The notes beneath the pieces were generated by a model. It worked only from the letters and a program-made list of their open reading frames with translations, did no database searches and had not been told where the DNA came from. The translations under genes and the position numbers were made by a program. From Alphaproteobacteria bacterium (lineage in GTDB: Bacteria > Pseudomonadota > Alphaproteobacteria > SHVV01), in the NCBI GenBank assembly GCA_965261735.1, contig OZ253470.1, forward strand, positions 2,944,001 to 3,008,000: 64,000 nucleotides of DNA, read 5' to 3'. How positions within the stretch are numbered: the first letter of the stretch is position 1; every line of letters starts with the position of its first letter. Of the stretch, positions 40,088 to 53,698 are shown piece after piece.

Positions 40088-40193
40088 GGCGAACCTCCAG
40101 CCGTACGGCGCTGCCCACGAATGTGCCCTGTGTGGCGCTGCGGGCAAGTCAAATCTTCGTGACGCTTTGCCCGCGCGCAGCTGCGTGGAAACC

Positions 40194-40976
40194 CTAGGTG
40201 AAGCTCACGGAGACCGTGCCGAGGTTCCCGAAATCCCCTTCGACGGTGTCGCCGGGAGCGACCTGGACCACGACGCAGGTGCTCCCCGTGGTCACCATCT
40301 CGCCGGACTTGAGCCCCATGCCGCGCGCCGCCGCGTAGTTGGCGAGCCAGACGAGCGCGTTGAGCGGACTGCCCAGCACCCGCGCCCCGGTATCGCGCCC
40401 CTGTTCGACGCCGTTGAGGGCGATGCTGACTTCGTGCTGCGGTAGCGCCGCCGGGGACCAGTCCTCGACCATGGTACCGGCGACGAACTCGCCGTGTGTC
40501 GCGTTGTCGGCGATGAACTCGGCCGGGGGCAGCGCGAGCCAGTCCTCGTAGCGCGACGCGATCACCTCGATGGCGGGACACACCCCGGCCACGGCGGCGA
40601 CCACCGCCTCCTCCCCATAGGGCGCCCCGGCCGCCGGCAGGTCCGCCTTCAACCGAAATGCGAACTCGACCTCGGCACCGCGCGTGAAGACCGCGTCCGC
40701 CTTCAGGTGCGCGCCGCTGTCGTGCGTCTTACCTTCGATCAGGCGGCCGAAAACCGGGTCGGAGAGCTCGAAGCGGGCCATGGCGCGGGCGCTGGTGGCG
40801 CCGATCTTCCAGCCCACCGGGGCGCCGCCATAGAGCGGCACCACGCGGCGCTGGATCTCGTAGGCATCGTCGATGCTGGCGGGGCGCAGTCCCTCGGGAA
40901 GGCGGGCGAGGCAGCGGCGCGAGCCGAGGGCGCCCGCTAGCAGTGCCGCGGCGCTCTCGTAATCTTCAGCCTTCAT
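40194..40976 (-). CDS. 2-keto-4-pentenoate hydratase-like (FAH family)
   Basis: GWKIGATS, EVEFAF, AIEVIASR, IADNA, VTTGS. Confidence 0.85.
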   Translation of the reverse strand: MKAEDYESAAALLAGALGSRRCLARLPEGLRPASIDDAYEIQRRVVPLYGGAPVGWKIGATSARAMARFELSDPVFGRLIEGKTHDSGAHLKADAVFTRGAEVEFAFRLKADLPAAGAPYGEEAVVAAVAGVCPAIEVIASRYEDWLALPPAEFIADNATHGEFVAGTMVEDWSPAALPQHEVSIALNGVEQGRDTGARVLGSPLNALVWLANYAAARGMGLKSGEMVTTGSTCVVVQVAPGDTVEGDFGNLGTVSVSFT

Positions 40977-40980
40977 GCCC

Positions 40981-42999
40981 CTACTCCGCCGCGTCCGCCG
41001 CCAGCACCTGGTCGGCGAGCCGCCCAACCAGTTCCTGGAGGTGGTCGAAGTCCGATGTGAAGGTGCCGACGCCCTGCGAGAGCGAGCGCAGCTCGACGAT
41101 CAAGTCCTGTACCTCGACCTGCGGAATGCGGGCGCTGACCACGTCCCAACCCTGCCAGTCGGGCCGCGGCTCGAAGCCGAGGATTTGCCCGCGCCGGCTG
41201 CTGACGAGGGTATTGACCTTGGGCGTGTACTCGGAAGGCACGGCGACGTCGACCTTGAGGATCGGCTCGAGCAGCACCGGGCCGCATTGCGGCATGCCCT
41301 CGCGCATGGCCAGCGCGCCCGCCGTCTTGAAGGCGAGCTCGGAGCTGTCGACGCTGTGGAAGGAGCCGTCGGTCAGGGTGACGGACACGTCGACCACAGG
41401 GTGGCCGAGCGGCCCCTTGCGTAGATACTCGCGCACGCCGGCCTCGACGGCGGGAATGTACTGCTTGGGGATGGCGCCGCCCACGATCATGCTGGCGAAG
41501 GTGATGCCGGAGCCGCGCGGCAGCGGCTTGATATCGATGTGGACGTCACCGAACTGGCCGTGGCCGCCGGTCTGGCGCTTGAAACGCCCGTGCTGGGAGA
41601 CCGGCTTGCGGATCGCCTCCTTGTAAGGGACCTTGGGCCGCTCGGTCGCGACCTCGAGCCCGAACTTGTTCTTGAGCCGCTCTACCGCGACGCGCAGATG
41701 CATCTCACCCTGACCGCGCAGCAGTAGCTCGTTGGTATCCTGTATGTGCTCGGTCGACAGCGACGGGTCCTCATCGAGCAATCGAGCCACGGCGCCCGAT
41801 AGCTTGACCTCGTCGTTGCGATTGGCGGCGCTGATCGCCAGCGCGTAGACAGGCGGCAGGACATCGGCCCGAGGTAAGCCATGGCCACCCTTGGCCGTCG
41901 ACAGCGTATCCCCGGTTGCCGCCTCATCGAGCCGGCTCAAGGCGATGACATCGCCGGCAGTGGCCTCGCCGAGTTTCTTGGTCTGCTGGCCGAGCATCGC
42001 AAAAATACCGGAGGGGCGGGCACCATCGAGCGTGTCGCCCTCGCTGATCGTGCCGCGCCAGACGCGGGCCAGCGACAGCTTGCCGATATTGGGCTGGTTG
42101 TATGTCTTGAGCACCTGCGCGATCGCCGGCCCCGACGCATCGATGCCGAGGCGCGTCAGCGTCTGCTGTACCCCCGGCGTGTCGTGCCGCAGGGCCTTCA
42201 GCAGGCGGCGCACGCCGTGGTCGACCTCGCCGGCACCGAACATGACCGGCACAAGGTCACCGCCCGCGACGATCTTCGTCAGGTCGGTGAACACCTCCTC
42301 GTTCGCAGGATCGACATCCTCGAGCAGCTTCTCCATCAGGCTGTCGTCGAAGTCCGCCATCTTTTCCAGCATGGCGTAGCGTGCCTGTGCCACCGCCTCG
42401 GCCTGGGCGGCTGGTACTTCGATCGGATCGGACGCGGCGTTCGGCTTGTAGGCGTACCCGCGGCCGCTCGCGAGATCGACATACCCGGTGAGCATTTCGC
42501 CCTCCCTGAGCGGCAACTCACGCGCGACGAGCGGGCGTTCGGACGCGGCCTGCAGGGCGGCGATGACCTCGTCGAGCCCGCCCTCGACGCGGTCGACCTT
42601 GTTGACGAAGATCAGGCTCGGAATACGCTTTCCCTCGAGGAACTTGAGGATCGGCGCGAGCGCGGTCGCGCGCGTCGCGTCGGGCTCACAGACGACGACC
42701 GCGATGTCCGCGCCGACCAGGGCGTTGTAGCTCTCCTGGAGAAACTCGATCGAGCCCGGGCAGTCGAGAAAGGTGATGCTGTCGCCGAGAAAGCTCGTCG
42801 TCGCGACGTTGACCTCGACCCCCATTTGCCGTTCGCGCGCCTCGGCAGAGGCATCGCCCACGGTATTGCCTTCCTTGATGCTGCCCTTGCGCGTCGTTGC
42901 CCCGGTGACGAAGAGGATGCTCTCGAGCAGCGACGTTTTGCCACTCAAGTAAGGCCCGACGAGCGCCACGCTGCGCGCCGCCGCCGTCGTTTCGGTCAT
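40981..42999 (-). CDS. Elongation factor G paralogue (EF-G2)
   Basis: Degenerate G1 GPYLSGKT, DCPG, NKVD, KRQTGGHGQFG, LLEPI. Confidence 0.9.
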   Translation of the reverse strand: MTETTAAARSVALVGPYLSGKTSLLESILFVTGATTRKGSIKEGNTVGDASAEARERQMGVEVNVATTSFLGDSITFLDCPGSIEFLQESYNALVGADIAVVVCEPDATRATALAPILKFLEGKRIPSLIFVNKVDRVEGGLDEVIAALQAASERPLVARELPLREGEMLTGYVDLASGRGYAYKPNAASDPIEVPAAQAEAVAQARYAMLEKMADFDDSLMEKLLEDVDPANEEVFTDLTKIVAGGDLVPVMFGAGEVDHGVRRLLKALRHDTPGVQQTLTRLGIDASGPAIAQVLKTYNQPNIGKLSLARVWRGTISEGDTLDGARPSGIFAMLGQQTKKLGEATAGDVIALSRLDEAATGDTLSTAKGGHGLPRADVLPPVYALAISAANRNDEVKLSGAVARLLDEDPSLSTEHIQDTNELLLRGQGEMHLRVAVERLKNKFGLEVATERPKVPYKEAIRKPVSQHGRFKRQTGGHGQFGDVHIDIKPLPRGSGITFASMIVGGAIPKQYIPAVEAGVREYLRKGPLGHPVVDVSVTLTDGSFHSVDSSELAFKTAGALAMREGMPQCGPVLLEPILKVDVAVPSEYTPKVNTLVSSRRGQILGFEPRPDWQGWDVVSARIPQVEVQDLIVELRSLSQGVGTFTSDFDHLQELVGRLADQVLAADAAE

Positions 43000-43149
43000 G
43001 GCGATACCCTGAACCCCGCGTCTTCCCGGGCCGCCATGGTTTCAGGGGCGCGCCGGCCATGCAAGAAAAAAGGGCCGGCCCTACCCGCGCTCATCGAGGC
43101 GGCGCTAGGCGAGCGCGGGGCGAGAGGCTAGCATGCCCGCACCGGCTCA

Positions 43150-43310
43150 ATCAGGCGAGGGAGGACGCCATCAGTGAGGGGCTGAGGCGGGCCTCTCAAA
43201 CCGTGCGCGGCATCACCGGCCTCGAGGTCGTGGCGCAAAAGGCCAAGGTCGTCGACAGAAAGGTCACCGAGTTTCGGGCGACGATGGAGCTGACGTTCGT
43301 CCTCGAGTAA
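43150..43310 (+). pseudogene. Dodecin-family fragment lacking N-terminus
   Basis: EDAI.EG..RASQTVRGI...V..Q...V...EFR....TFVLE. Confidence 0.6.
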
Positions 43311-43321
43311 GGGACGCCGAC

Positions 43322-44587
<1,266 letters not shown>

Positions 44588-45573
44588 TCAAAAGCGAAGT
44601 TCGCGCCGGCCTGATAGCGCTGGCGCCGGCGGTGCGGGCGGCGCGGCTAGCGGCACCGGCCGCCGTACGCTAAACTGCCGCACATCGACATGTCGCAAGA
44701 GCTGTCCGCCCCGGCGCGCCCACCATGGAGGGCGGCGATGACGCGAACCGCCGCCGCCGCCGCGGCCCTCTTGCTCGGCGCCTGTGCCGCTCCCGCAGGT
44801 GATGGCCCGCTGCCGGGCGCCGCTGCGCTGATCGCCCGCGCCGACTGGGGCGAGTTGGCGACGGCAAAGCTGATCATGATCGAGTACGCCTTCGCGCCGG
44901 CCGAACTCGTGTTCCGCGAGGGTGCCGCTTACCAGCTCGTGATTAGCAATACCGGCAACCACGAGCATCACTTCAGGGCCCCGCGTTTCTTCCTTGCCTA
45001 TCCGGTTTACACCCACACCCACTAGGGCTAGTGGATTGATTCCAACGTTTGGAACCCTCTGTTTCGTGCGGCGATGATATGATCGGGGTCGGCTTTCCAG
45101 ATGAAGGGTTTTGGGTTTGCGTCATTGTATTCGCGGACAAATCGGTTGATGGCGGCCTGAAGGTCGACGACGGATTGGAAGACGCCGTATTTGAGCCTGC
45201 GCCGCGTTAGTTTGGCGAAGAAGCCCTCGACGGCATTGAGCCACGAGCACGAGGTTGGCGTGAAGTGGAAGGTCCAGCGTGGATGGCGGGCGAGCCAGGC
45301 GCGGACCTTGTCCTTCTTGTGCGCGGCGTAGTTGTCGAGGATGACGTGGACGGCCTTGTCCGTCGGCACCTCGCGCTCGATGCGGTTGAGGAAGCGGATG
45401 AACTCCTGATGGCGGTGGCGCTGCATGTTCTGTGCGATGACCGTACCGTCCAGCACGTTGAGCGCGGCGAACAGCGTCGTCGTGCCATGCCGTTTGTAAT
45501 CATAGGTCATCGTACCGGCGCGGCCCTTCTTCATCGGCAAGCCGGGTTGGGTGCGGTCGAGCGCCTGGATCTG

Positions 45574-47492
45574 GTGCGCCAGGCGAACTGGCAGAAGGTA
45601 GGGGGTGCAAGTCCCCCGAAACGAAGGAGTAACCGAACCACGTTTCTCCGCGAGCCGTGCGTCGGCTCCCGCGAGGGGGCAGGCGAAGCGTCGGTAGCGG
45701 TACGGATGGGCAGGGCTATTGAGCATCGAAAAAGCGATGGTCCGGGGTGCCGAGGCTTTCAGATCGGTCGAAGGCAACATCGCAGGCATCGTTTTGGTGA
45801 GATGTCGGCGAGCCCCGCGGTGTCAGAGAACCCATGCACGTTCGCACGCCTTCTGTCGGGACCCTGGGAGGTCTTCAAACTGCCCCGGATGTCGTAAAGG
45901 GGCCGCGTAGGGAATGGAGAAAACCGAAGCCTATGATGAACGGTTTGAAGAAGTCGGATGAGGCCATACGACCTGTGAGGGCGGCGAACAAGGGAGCGCG
46001 AGCTTCTGCGGAGTCGCCGGAGGAAAGGGCCTCAACCAAGGGGAATTCGGATTGCCAAAGCACGCGCCGAACTCAGTGTCGGGCAAGCGTGCCACAGGCG
46101 GCGGCCCGGATACGGAAAGCTGCGGAGAGAGACCCGAAGGAACATCTCACCGCGCTCTTCCACCACATCACGCCGGATGCGCTGCACCGGGCGTTCCACG
46201 CACTAAAGCGGGACGCTGCGGCGGGTGTCGACGGCATCACGTGGGATATGTATGGCGAAGGTCTGGATGAGCGCTTGCTCGACCTGCACCGGCGTCTGCA
46301 CAGCGGGGGAGCGTACCGGGCGCCGCCGGTTCGGCGGGTAGAGATACCCAAGCCGGACGGCGGAACACGACCGCTCGGGATCGCGGCGCTGGAGGACAAG
46401 ATCGTCCAGAAAGCGGTTGTGGATGTGATCCTGACACCGATCTACGAGGTGGAGTTTCTTGGCTTCAGCTACGGGTTCCGACCGGGGCGGGGCGCGCACG
46501 ATGCGCTCGATGCCCTGGCCTTCGGGATAGAACGGCGCAAGGTCAGCTGGATAGCCGACGCGGATCTACGGGCGTACTTCGACACAATCCCGAGGGATTG
46601 GTTGATCACGTTCCTTGAGCACCGCATCGGCGACAGACGGGTCATCCGCCTGATCCGGAAATGGCTGAACGCTGGCGTCATGGACGGTGGATCATGGACA
46701 GACGCGGGCATGGGCACGCCGCAGGGGGCAGTAGTTTCCCCCGTCTTGGCGAACGTGTTCCTGCACTACGTACTCGACCTGTGGTTCGACAAGAAATGGC
46801 GCCCGAACGCCCCGGATGGCGAAGCGATCATCGTCCGTTACGCCGACGATATCGTTGTCGGGTTCCAACACAAGCGGGATGCGGAGCGGTATCTCCGCGA
46901 CGTTCGGGAGAGGCTGGCCCGGTTCGGTCTCAGCCTCCACCAGGACAAGACCCGCCTTGTGGAGTTTGGCCGGTTCGCGGTGAAGAACCGTCGCCAGCGC
47001 GGGGTGGGCAAGCCGGAGACTTTCGACTTCCTGGGCTTCACGCACTACTGCACGACGACCCGGAGAGGACGCTTTCGGCTTGGTCGCAAACCGGTCGCCA
47101 AACGGGTCAACAGGACCCTGGCGCGCATCGATGAGGTGCTTCGCAAGCGCTGGCATCACGACATCTGGGAGGTCGGAAAGTGGCTCGGGCGGGTCTGCGA
47201 AGGCTGGCTCAACTACTTTGCCGTCCCGGGGTCGGGCCGGTTCATCCGTGCGTTCCACCGCAGGCTGCAACGCCTGTGGATGCGGGCGCTACGCCGGCGG
47301 TCCCAGCGAGCCCGATTCAGTTGGAAGCGACTGGAGCGCATAACCGAAATCCTGTGGTCACGCGCCTCCATCCGCCACCCATGGCCGGACCAGCGGTTTG
47401 CCGTCAATCACCCGAGGTAGGAGCCGGATGGTTCAACGACCACGTCCGGATCTGCGCGGGGGGTGCGCAGCAATACGCATTCCTACCGCAAC
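45574..47492 (+). mobile_element. Group II intron
   Basis: 5' GTGCG, 3' ...CTACCGCAAC; domain V GAGCCGGATG...CACGTCCGGATC at ~47422-47452; removal restores the IS630 ORF. Confidence 0.93.
46089..47420 (+). CDS. ltrA: Group II intron reverse transcriptase/maturase, no endonuclease domain
   Basis: GVDG, IPKPDG..RPLGI, SYGFRPGR, GTPQG, RYADD, FDFLGF; start codon uncertain. Confidence 0.93.
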   Translation: MPQAAARIRKAAERDPKEHLTALFHHITPDALHRAFHALKRDAAAGVDGITWDMYGEGLDERLLDLHRRLHSGGAYRAPPVRRVEIPKPDGGTRPLGIAALEDKIVQKAVVDVILTPIYEVEFLGFSYGFRPGRGAHDALDALAFGIERRKVSWIADADLRAYFDTIPRDWLITFLEHRIGDRRVIRLIRKWLNAGVMDGGSWTDAGMGTPQGAVVSPVLANVFLHYVLDLWFDKKWRPNAPDGEAIIVRYADDIVVGFQHKRDAERYLRDVRERLARFGLSLHQDKTRLVEFGRFAVKNRRQRGVGKPETFDFLGFTHYCTTTRRGRFRLGRKPVAKRVNRTLARIDEVLRKRWHHDIWEVGKWLGRVCEGWLNYFAVPGSGRFIRAFHRRLQRLWMRALRRRSQRARFSWKRLERITEILWSRASIRHPWPDQRFAVNHPR

Positions 47493-48134
47493 TGATTTCT
47501 CATCAACCGACAGCACCACGGCATGGGCCGGCGGATCGACATACAAGCCGACGATATCTGTGAGCTTCTCGGCGAAGGCGGGATCATTGGAGAGCTTGAA
47601 GTGCCGCCAGCGGTGCGGGCTGAGGCCATGGGCCTTCCAGATCGCTTGGACCGTCGACGCCGCGACGCCAGCAACCTTCGCCATCGCGCGCAGCGTCCAG
47701 TGGGTCGCCTCGTGCGGCGGCGCTTGCTGGGTCAGGCGGACGATCTCGGCGACGCGCTCCGGCGGGATCGGCGCTTTGCCAGGCGGACGGGACCTGTCGC
47801 GAAGCAAGCCGTTGACACCCTCGTGCATGAACCGCTCCTGCCAGCGCCAGACACAGGTCTTGGACTTGCCGGTCTCGGCCATGATCGACGAGTTCCCGAG
47901 CCCCTCGTCGCTCTTCAGGATGATCCGCGCCCGCCAGACATGTTTCTGCGAGCTCTTCGGGTCCGCGACGATAGCTTGCAATCGCTGACGGTCGCCAGAC
48001 GTGACAGTAAAATGGATGCCGGTGCGCATAGCACAGACTCGCATGACACCGCACAATACGGAATCTCAAATCGGACTCTTTCGTTCCGATCAATCCACTA
48101 GAATGGGCGCAACCCGGATATAGGGGAGCGCGCC

Positions 48135-49079
48135 ATGGATGTTCTCGACCGCGCCGATCTCCCATTCCCGCATTCGCTACCCGAGTTCCAGCGACTTTTC
48201 CCCGATGATGCGGCCTGCGCCGCCTACCTGGAGAAAGCCCGCTGGGGAGACGGCTTTGCCTGCCCGCACTGCGGCACGGCGGGAGAGCCGTTCCACTTTG
48301 AAAACCGCCCTGGCGTCCTGCGCTGCCGCAAGTGCCGCCAGAACACCGGGCTGACGGTGGGAACAGTGATGGAGCGTAGCCACACTCCGCTGAACGTCTG
48401 GTTCTGGGCCGCTTATCTGGTCGCCAGTCAGACGCCCGGCATGTCCGCCGTGCAGTTTCAGCGGCAACTTGGTCTTTCGCGCTACGAGACGGCCTTTCAA
48501 ATTCTCCACAAGCTCCGCTCGGGCATGGTGCGGCCCAACCAAGACAGGATCGGTGGACAGCCCAAGAACCATGTTGAGGTGGACGAAACCTGGGTTGGCG
48601 GGCGAACGCGTGGGGAAGGCCGTGGTGTTCACCACAAGGTTCCCGTCTCCTGTGCCATCGACGTCGTGCTCGACCGTAGCGCCGAGTCGCTCTGTGGGTT
48701 CGTCGAGAGCACCGTCGCGCCAGGATCGCTGATCGTTACTGACGATTGGAGCGGCTATGCTGGCCTCGGTAAGCGCGGCTATGAGCACTTCGCTGTTGCC
48801 GAGTGTGGTGATCCAGAGGTTGCCGAGCAATACCTGCCGATCATCCATCTGGTTTTCGCCAACCTGAAGACGTGGCTGATCGGTATCCACCACGGCGTTA
48901 GCCACCAGCACCTACAAGCCTACCTCAACGAGTTCACCTTCCGCTTCAACAGGCGGTTCTACCCGTTCAACGCCTTCCGCTCATTGCTCGGCATCGCGGG
49001 CGACACCTCTGCTCCAACCTATGCCGAGCTTTACTCGGGAGAGTGGTGGCACCCTACATGTAGCGGTCATGGGCGTTAA
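48135..49079 (+). pseudogene. IS1595 transposase with 25-codon in-frame deletion
   Basis: Versus copy 1 (339 aa) it is 314 aa and lacks the VRHRKPG...RVRLA segment. Confidence 0.85.
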
Positions 49080-49612
49080 CCGGATAGGCAGGGTTTCTTC
49101 GATGCCGTGGCCGTGCGTAGCCTCACGACCGTGCCCCTCGAGCGTCCGGATTGGGCCGACGAGGCCGCTTGGCCGCGCCCCACGGCGCTCGCCTATCGCG
49201 CCGGCGAAGGTGCCCTACGTATCACCTTCAAGACCGCGCCGCTGACCGGCGAGGGCGGGGACGCGGGCGAGGGCGCCGCCAACCCCTTCGCGGCACCGGC
49301 CGACGACGAAGACGACGGCGGTGCGGCGGTGGCGGCCGAGGAGGACGAGACCATCGAAGTCACCGAGGCCGCGGAGCAGGACGACACCATCGAAGCCAAG
49401 ACCCCCGCCGGGGCGGCAGAGGACGCCGGTGAGGAGATCGTCGCGCTGACCATTCCGCGGGGCGCGATCGTGGTCCCGGCCCGGCGCACCAAGCGGCTCG
49501 AGTTCGTCGCTGTGCGCACCGGCACCTACGAGCTCTCCGGCGGCGGGCTCGATCCGATATGGGGCATGCGGGGGCGCATCATCATCGAATAGCCCGGCGC
49601 AACGGCGCCCGA

Positions 49613-50455
49613 CTAGGGCTGCCGGCCGCGCAAGTAGATGACGTAATACGCCAGCGCCACGAGAACGGCGCCGCCGACGATGTTGCCGAGGGTGACCGGC
49701 ACTAGGTTGGCGATGAAGCCGCTGGGCGTGAGATTAGCGAGCGCGCCGTCGCCGAGCCCCGCCGCCGCGACCACGCCCGAATCGAGAGCGGCGAGCCAGC
49801 CCGCCGGAATGGCGTACATATTGGCGACCGAGTGCTCGAAGCCGAGCGCGACGAAGGCCGCGATCGGGAAGATGATGGCGAGGATCTTACCGCTGACGCG
49901 GCGCGCCCCGTACGCGAGCCACACGGCGAGGCAAACGAGCGCATTGCACAGGATGCCGCGAAAGAACGCCTCCGTAAATGACAGATCGACCTTGACCAGC
50001 GCCACCTGCAGGGCGGTCGCGCCGACCTGGTGGCTGCCGAGCGCCAGTGTCCCCGACAGGTACACGAGCAGCGCCGCCCCGAGGGCGCCGGCGAAGTTGG
50101 CGGCATAGACGACGAGCCAGTTGCGCAACAGGGCCGCGAGCGTGATTTTGCGGCCGGCCCAGGCCATGGCGATGAGGTTGTTGCCGGTAAAGAGCTCGGC
50201 GCCGCCGACGACGACGAGGATGAGGCCGAGCGAGAAGGCCAAGCCGCCGAGCGCCCGGGTCGGGCCGAAGCCGAGCGTCGAGCCGGTGACCACCAGCGTG
50301 TAGGCCATGGCGCCGAACGCGATGAAAGCGCCGGCGAGAATGCCGAGCGCGACGAGTCGCAGTATCGGCATCTCCGCCTTGGCGACCGCTGCCGCCTCGA
50401 CGCGCGCGGCGATCTCCGCCGGCGCGTAGGCCTCGACGTCTGATGGTCCGCTCAT
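49613..50455 (-). CDS. Formate/nitrite transporter (FNT) family
   Basis: AGAFIAFG, GAELFTGNN, GILCN.LVCLAVW, FEHSVANM, GNIVGG. Confidence 0.92.
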   Translation of the reverse strand: MSGPSDVEAYAPAEIAARVEAAAVAKAEMPILRLVALGILAGAFIAFGAMAYTLVVTGSTLGFGPTRALGGLAFSLGLILVVVGGAELFTGNNLIAMAWAGRKITLAALLRNWLVVYAANFAGALGAALLVYLSGTLALGSHQVGATALQVALVKVDLSFTEAFFRGILCNALVCLAVWLAYGARRVSGKILAIIFPIAAFVALGFEHSVANMYAIPAGWLAALDSGVVAAAGLGDGALANLTPSGFIANLVPVTLGNIVGGAVLVALAYYVIYLRGRQP

Positions 50456-50590
50456 GATCCTCCAACCCGGCCCTGGGCTTTACGCCCCTCTGGCCCAGAA
50501 TACAGGATAGATTTCGAGCTTCGATGCCGAGGTGCACTTTGTCGGTGAACAGAATTCCCGCATAATGCCACCGTACGGGCGGGGAGCCGG

Positions 50591-50893
50591 GTGATGAAGC
50601 CGAACATCGACGTATCGTCGCACGTGATTGCCGACTTCTGCCGGCGCCACCATATACGAAAGCTGTCTCTGTTCGGTTCGGCTCTACGCGCGGATTTTCG
50701 ACCCGACAGCGATATCGACGTCCTGGTCGAATTCGAGCCCGGGCATACGCCGGGTCTCGCCTTCATCACGATTCAAGACGAACTATCGCAGTTGTTGGGT
50801 CGGGAGGTCGATCTCAACACGCCAGCGTCATTGAGCCGCTACTTCCGCGAGCGCGTTCTTCAAGACGCGGTCGTCCAGTATGCCAGCACCTAA
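50591..50893 (+). CDS. MNT nucleotidyltransferase antitoxin (MntA-like)
   Basis: LFGSALR.DF..DSDIDVLVEF, GREVDL. Confidence 0.88.
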   Translation: MMKPNIDVSSHVIADFCRRHHIRKLSLFGSALRADFRPDSDIDVLVEFEPGHTPGLAFITIQDELSQLLGREVDLNTPASLSRYFRERVLQDAVVQYAST

Positions 50894-51219
50894 GGACGAG
50901 GTCCGCCTTCGGCACATGCTCGATGCCTCCCGAAAGGCGATCGCGTTCCTAGAGGGTCGCAGCCGAGAGGACCTTGACCGAGACGAAATGGTCGCGCTCG
51001 CATTGGCCAGACTCTTGGAAATCCTCGGAGAGGCCGCCAAATCCGTTTCTCCGGAGCTTCGGCGCGCATCCCCAGATTCCATGGAAAGCGTTAGTTGGCA
51101 CACGCGATCGGGTGATTCACCAGTACTTCGATGTGGACCTCGATATCCTGTGGAAGATCGTCCCGGGCGACCTGCCATTGCTCGTGAGCGAACTCGAGAG
51201 AATGGTTCCGCCGCAATAG
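50880..51219 (+). pseudogene. HEPN (DUF86/HepT-like) RNase toxin, frameshifted
   Basis: RLRHMLDA...LEILGEAAK, then in another frame HPQIPW...RDRVIHQYFDVDLDILW; shift near 51065. Confidence 0.8.
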
Positions 51220-51323
51220 TCTTGAGGCTGGCGTCCCAACACATCCCATGAGGGGGCCGGCTACGAGGCACTGGCACGAGGGGCATCAAGCGCCCTATGA
51301 CGAGCTCATGTCCGCCGAGTCTA

Positions 51324-51398
51324 TTACTTCCGCAATTGTTGTCTCACGGCCTTTGGGATAGTGGTTCGGCCTTTGCTGGTAATCGTCGCGACCGGCAT
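51324..51398 (-). pseudogene. AbrB/MazE-type DNA-binding fragment
   Basis: MPVATITSKGRTTIPKAVRQQL* (24 aa). Confidence 0.6.
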
Positions 51399-51470
51399 GG
51401 CAGCCCAACCTCCCAATGGCGGTTCGCGTTCCCCTAGCGGAACGCGCGCGAGGCGTCCTATAACAACGCC

Positions 51471-53672
<2,202 letters not shown>

Positions 53673-53698
53673 CGAGTTGCGCCCGCTGCTCGCACCCC

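Larger units (their letters stand above)
45031..48098 (-). mobile_element. IS630-family element interrupted by a group II intron
   Basis: IRs GTGGATTGAT; TA duplication (45029-30, 48099-100); transposase halves ...VDEKS | [10 protein letters not shown]...DNYAAH...WLNAVE. Confidence 0.93.
44993..49092 (+). mobile_element. IS1595 type B, copy 3, carrying IS630::group II intron
   Basis: IRs CTTGCCTATCCGG / CCGGATAGGCAGG; 8-bp TSD GTTTCTTC (44985-44992, 49093-49100). Confidence 0.93.
44690..49592 (+). pseudogene. Cupredoxin-like lipoprotein split by nested IS1595 (segments 44690-44992 and 49101-49592)
   Basis: LLGAC lipobox, EYAFAP..L.F..G..Y.L.I.N.G..EH.F; joins in frame as PRFF-DAVAV...TGTYEL...GMRG.I. 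Confidence 0.75.

Noticed and set aside
45834-46088. N-terminal extension of the RT ORF
   Set aside because: Corresponds to intron RNA domains I-III; the protein probably starts near 46089
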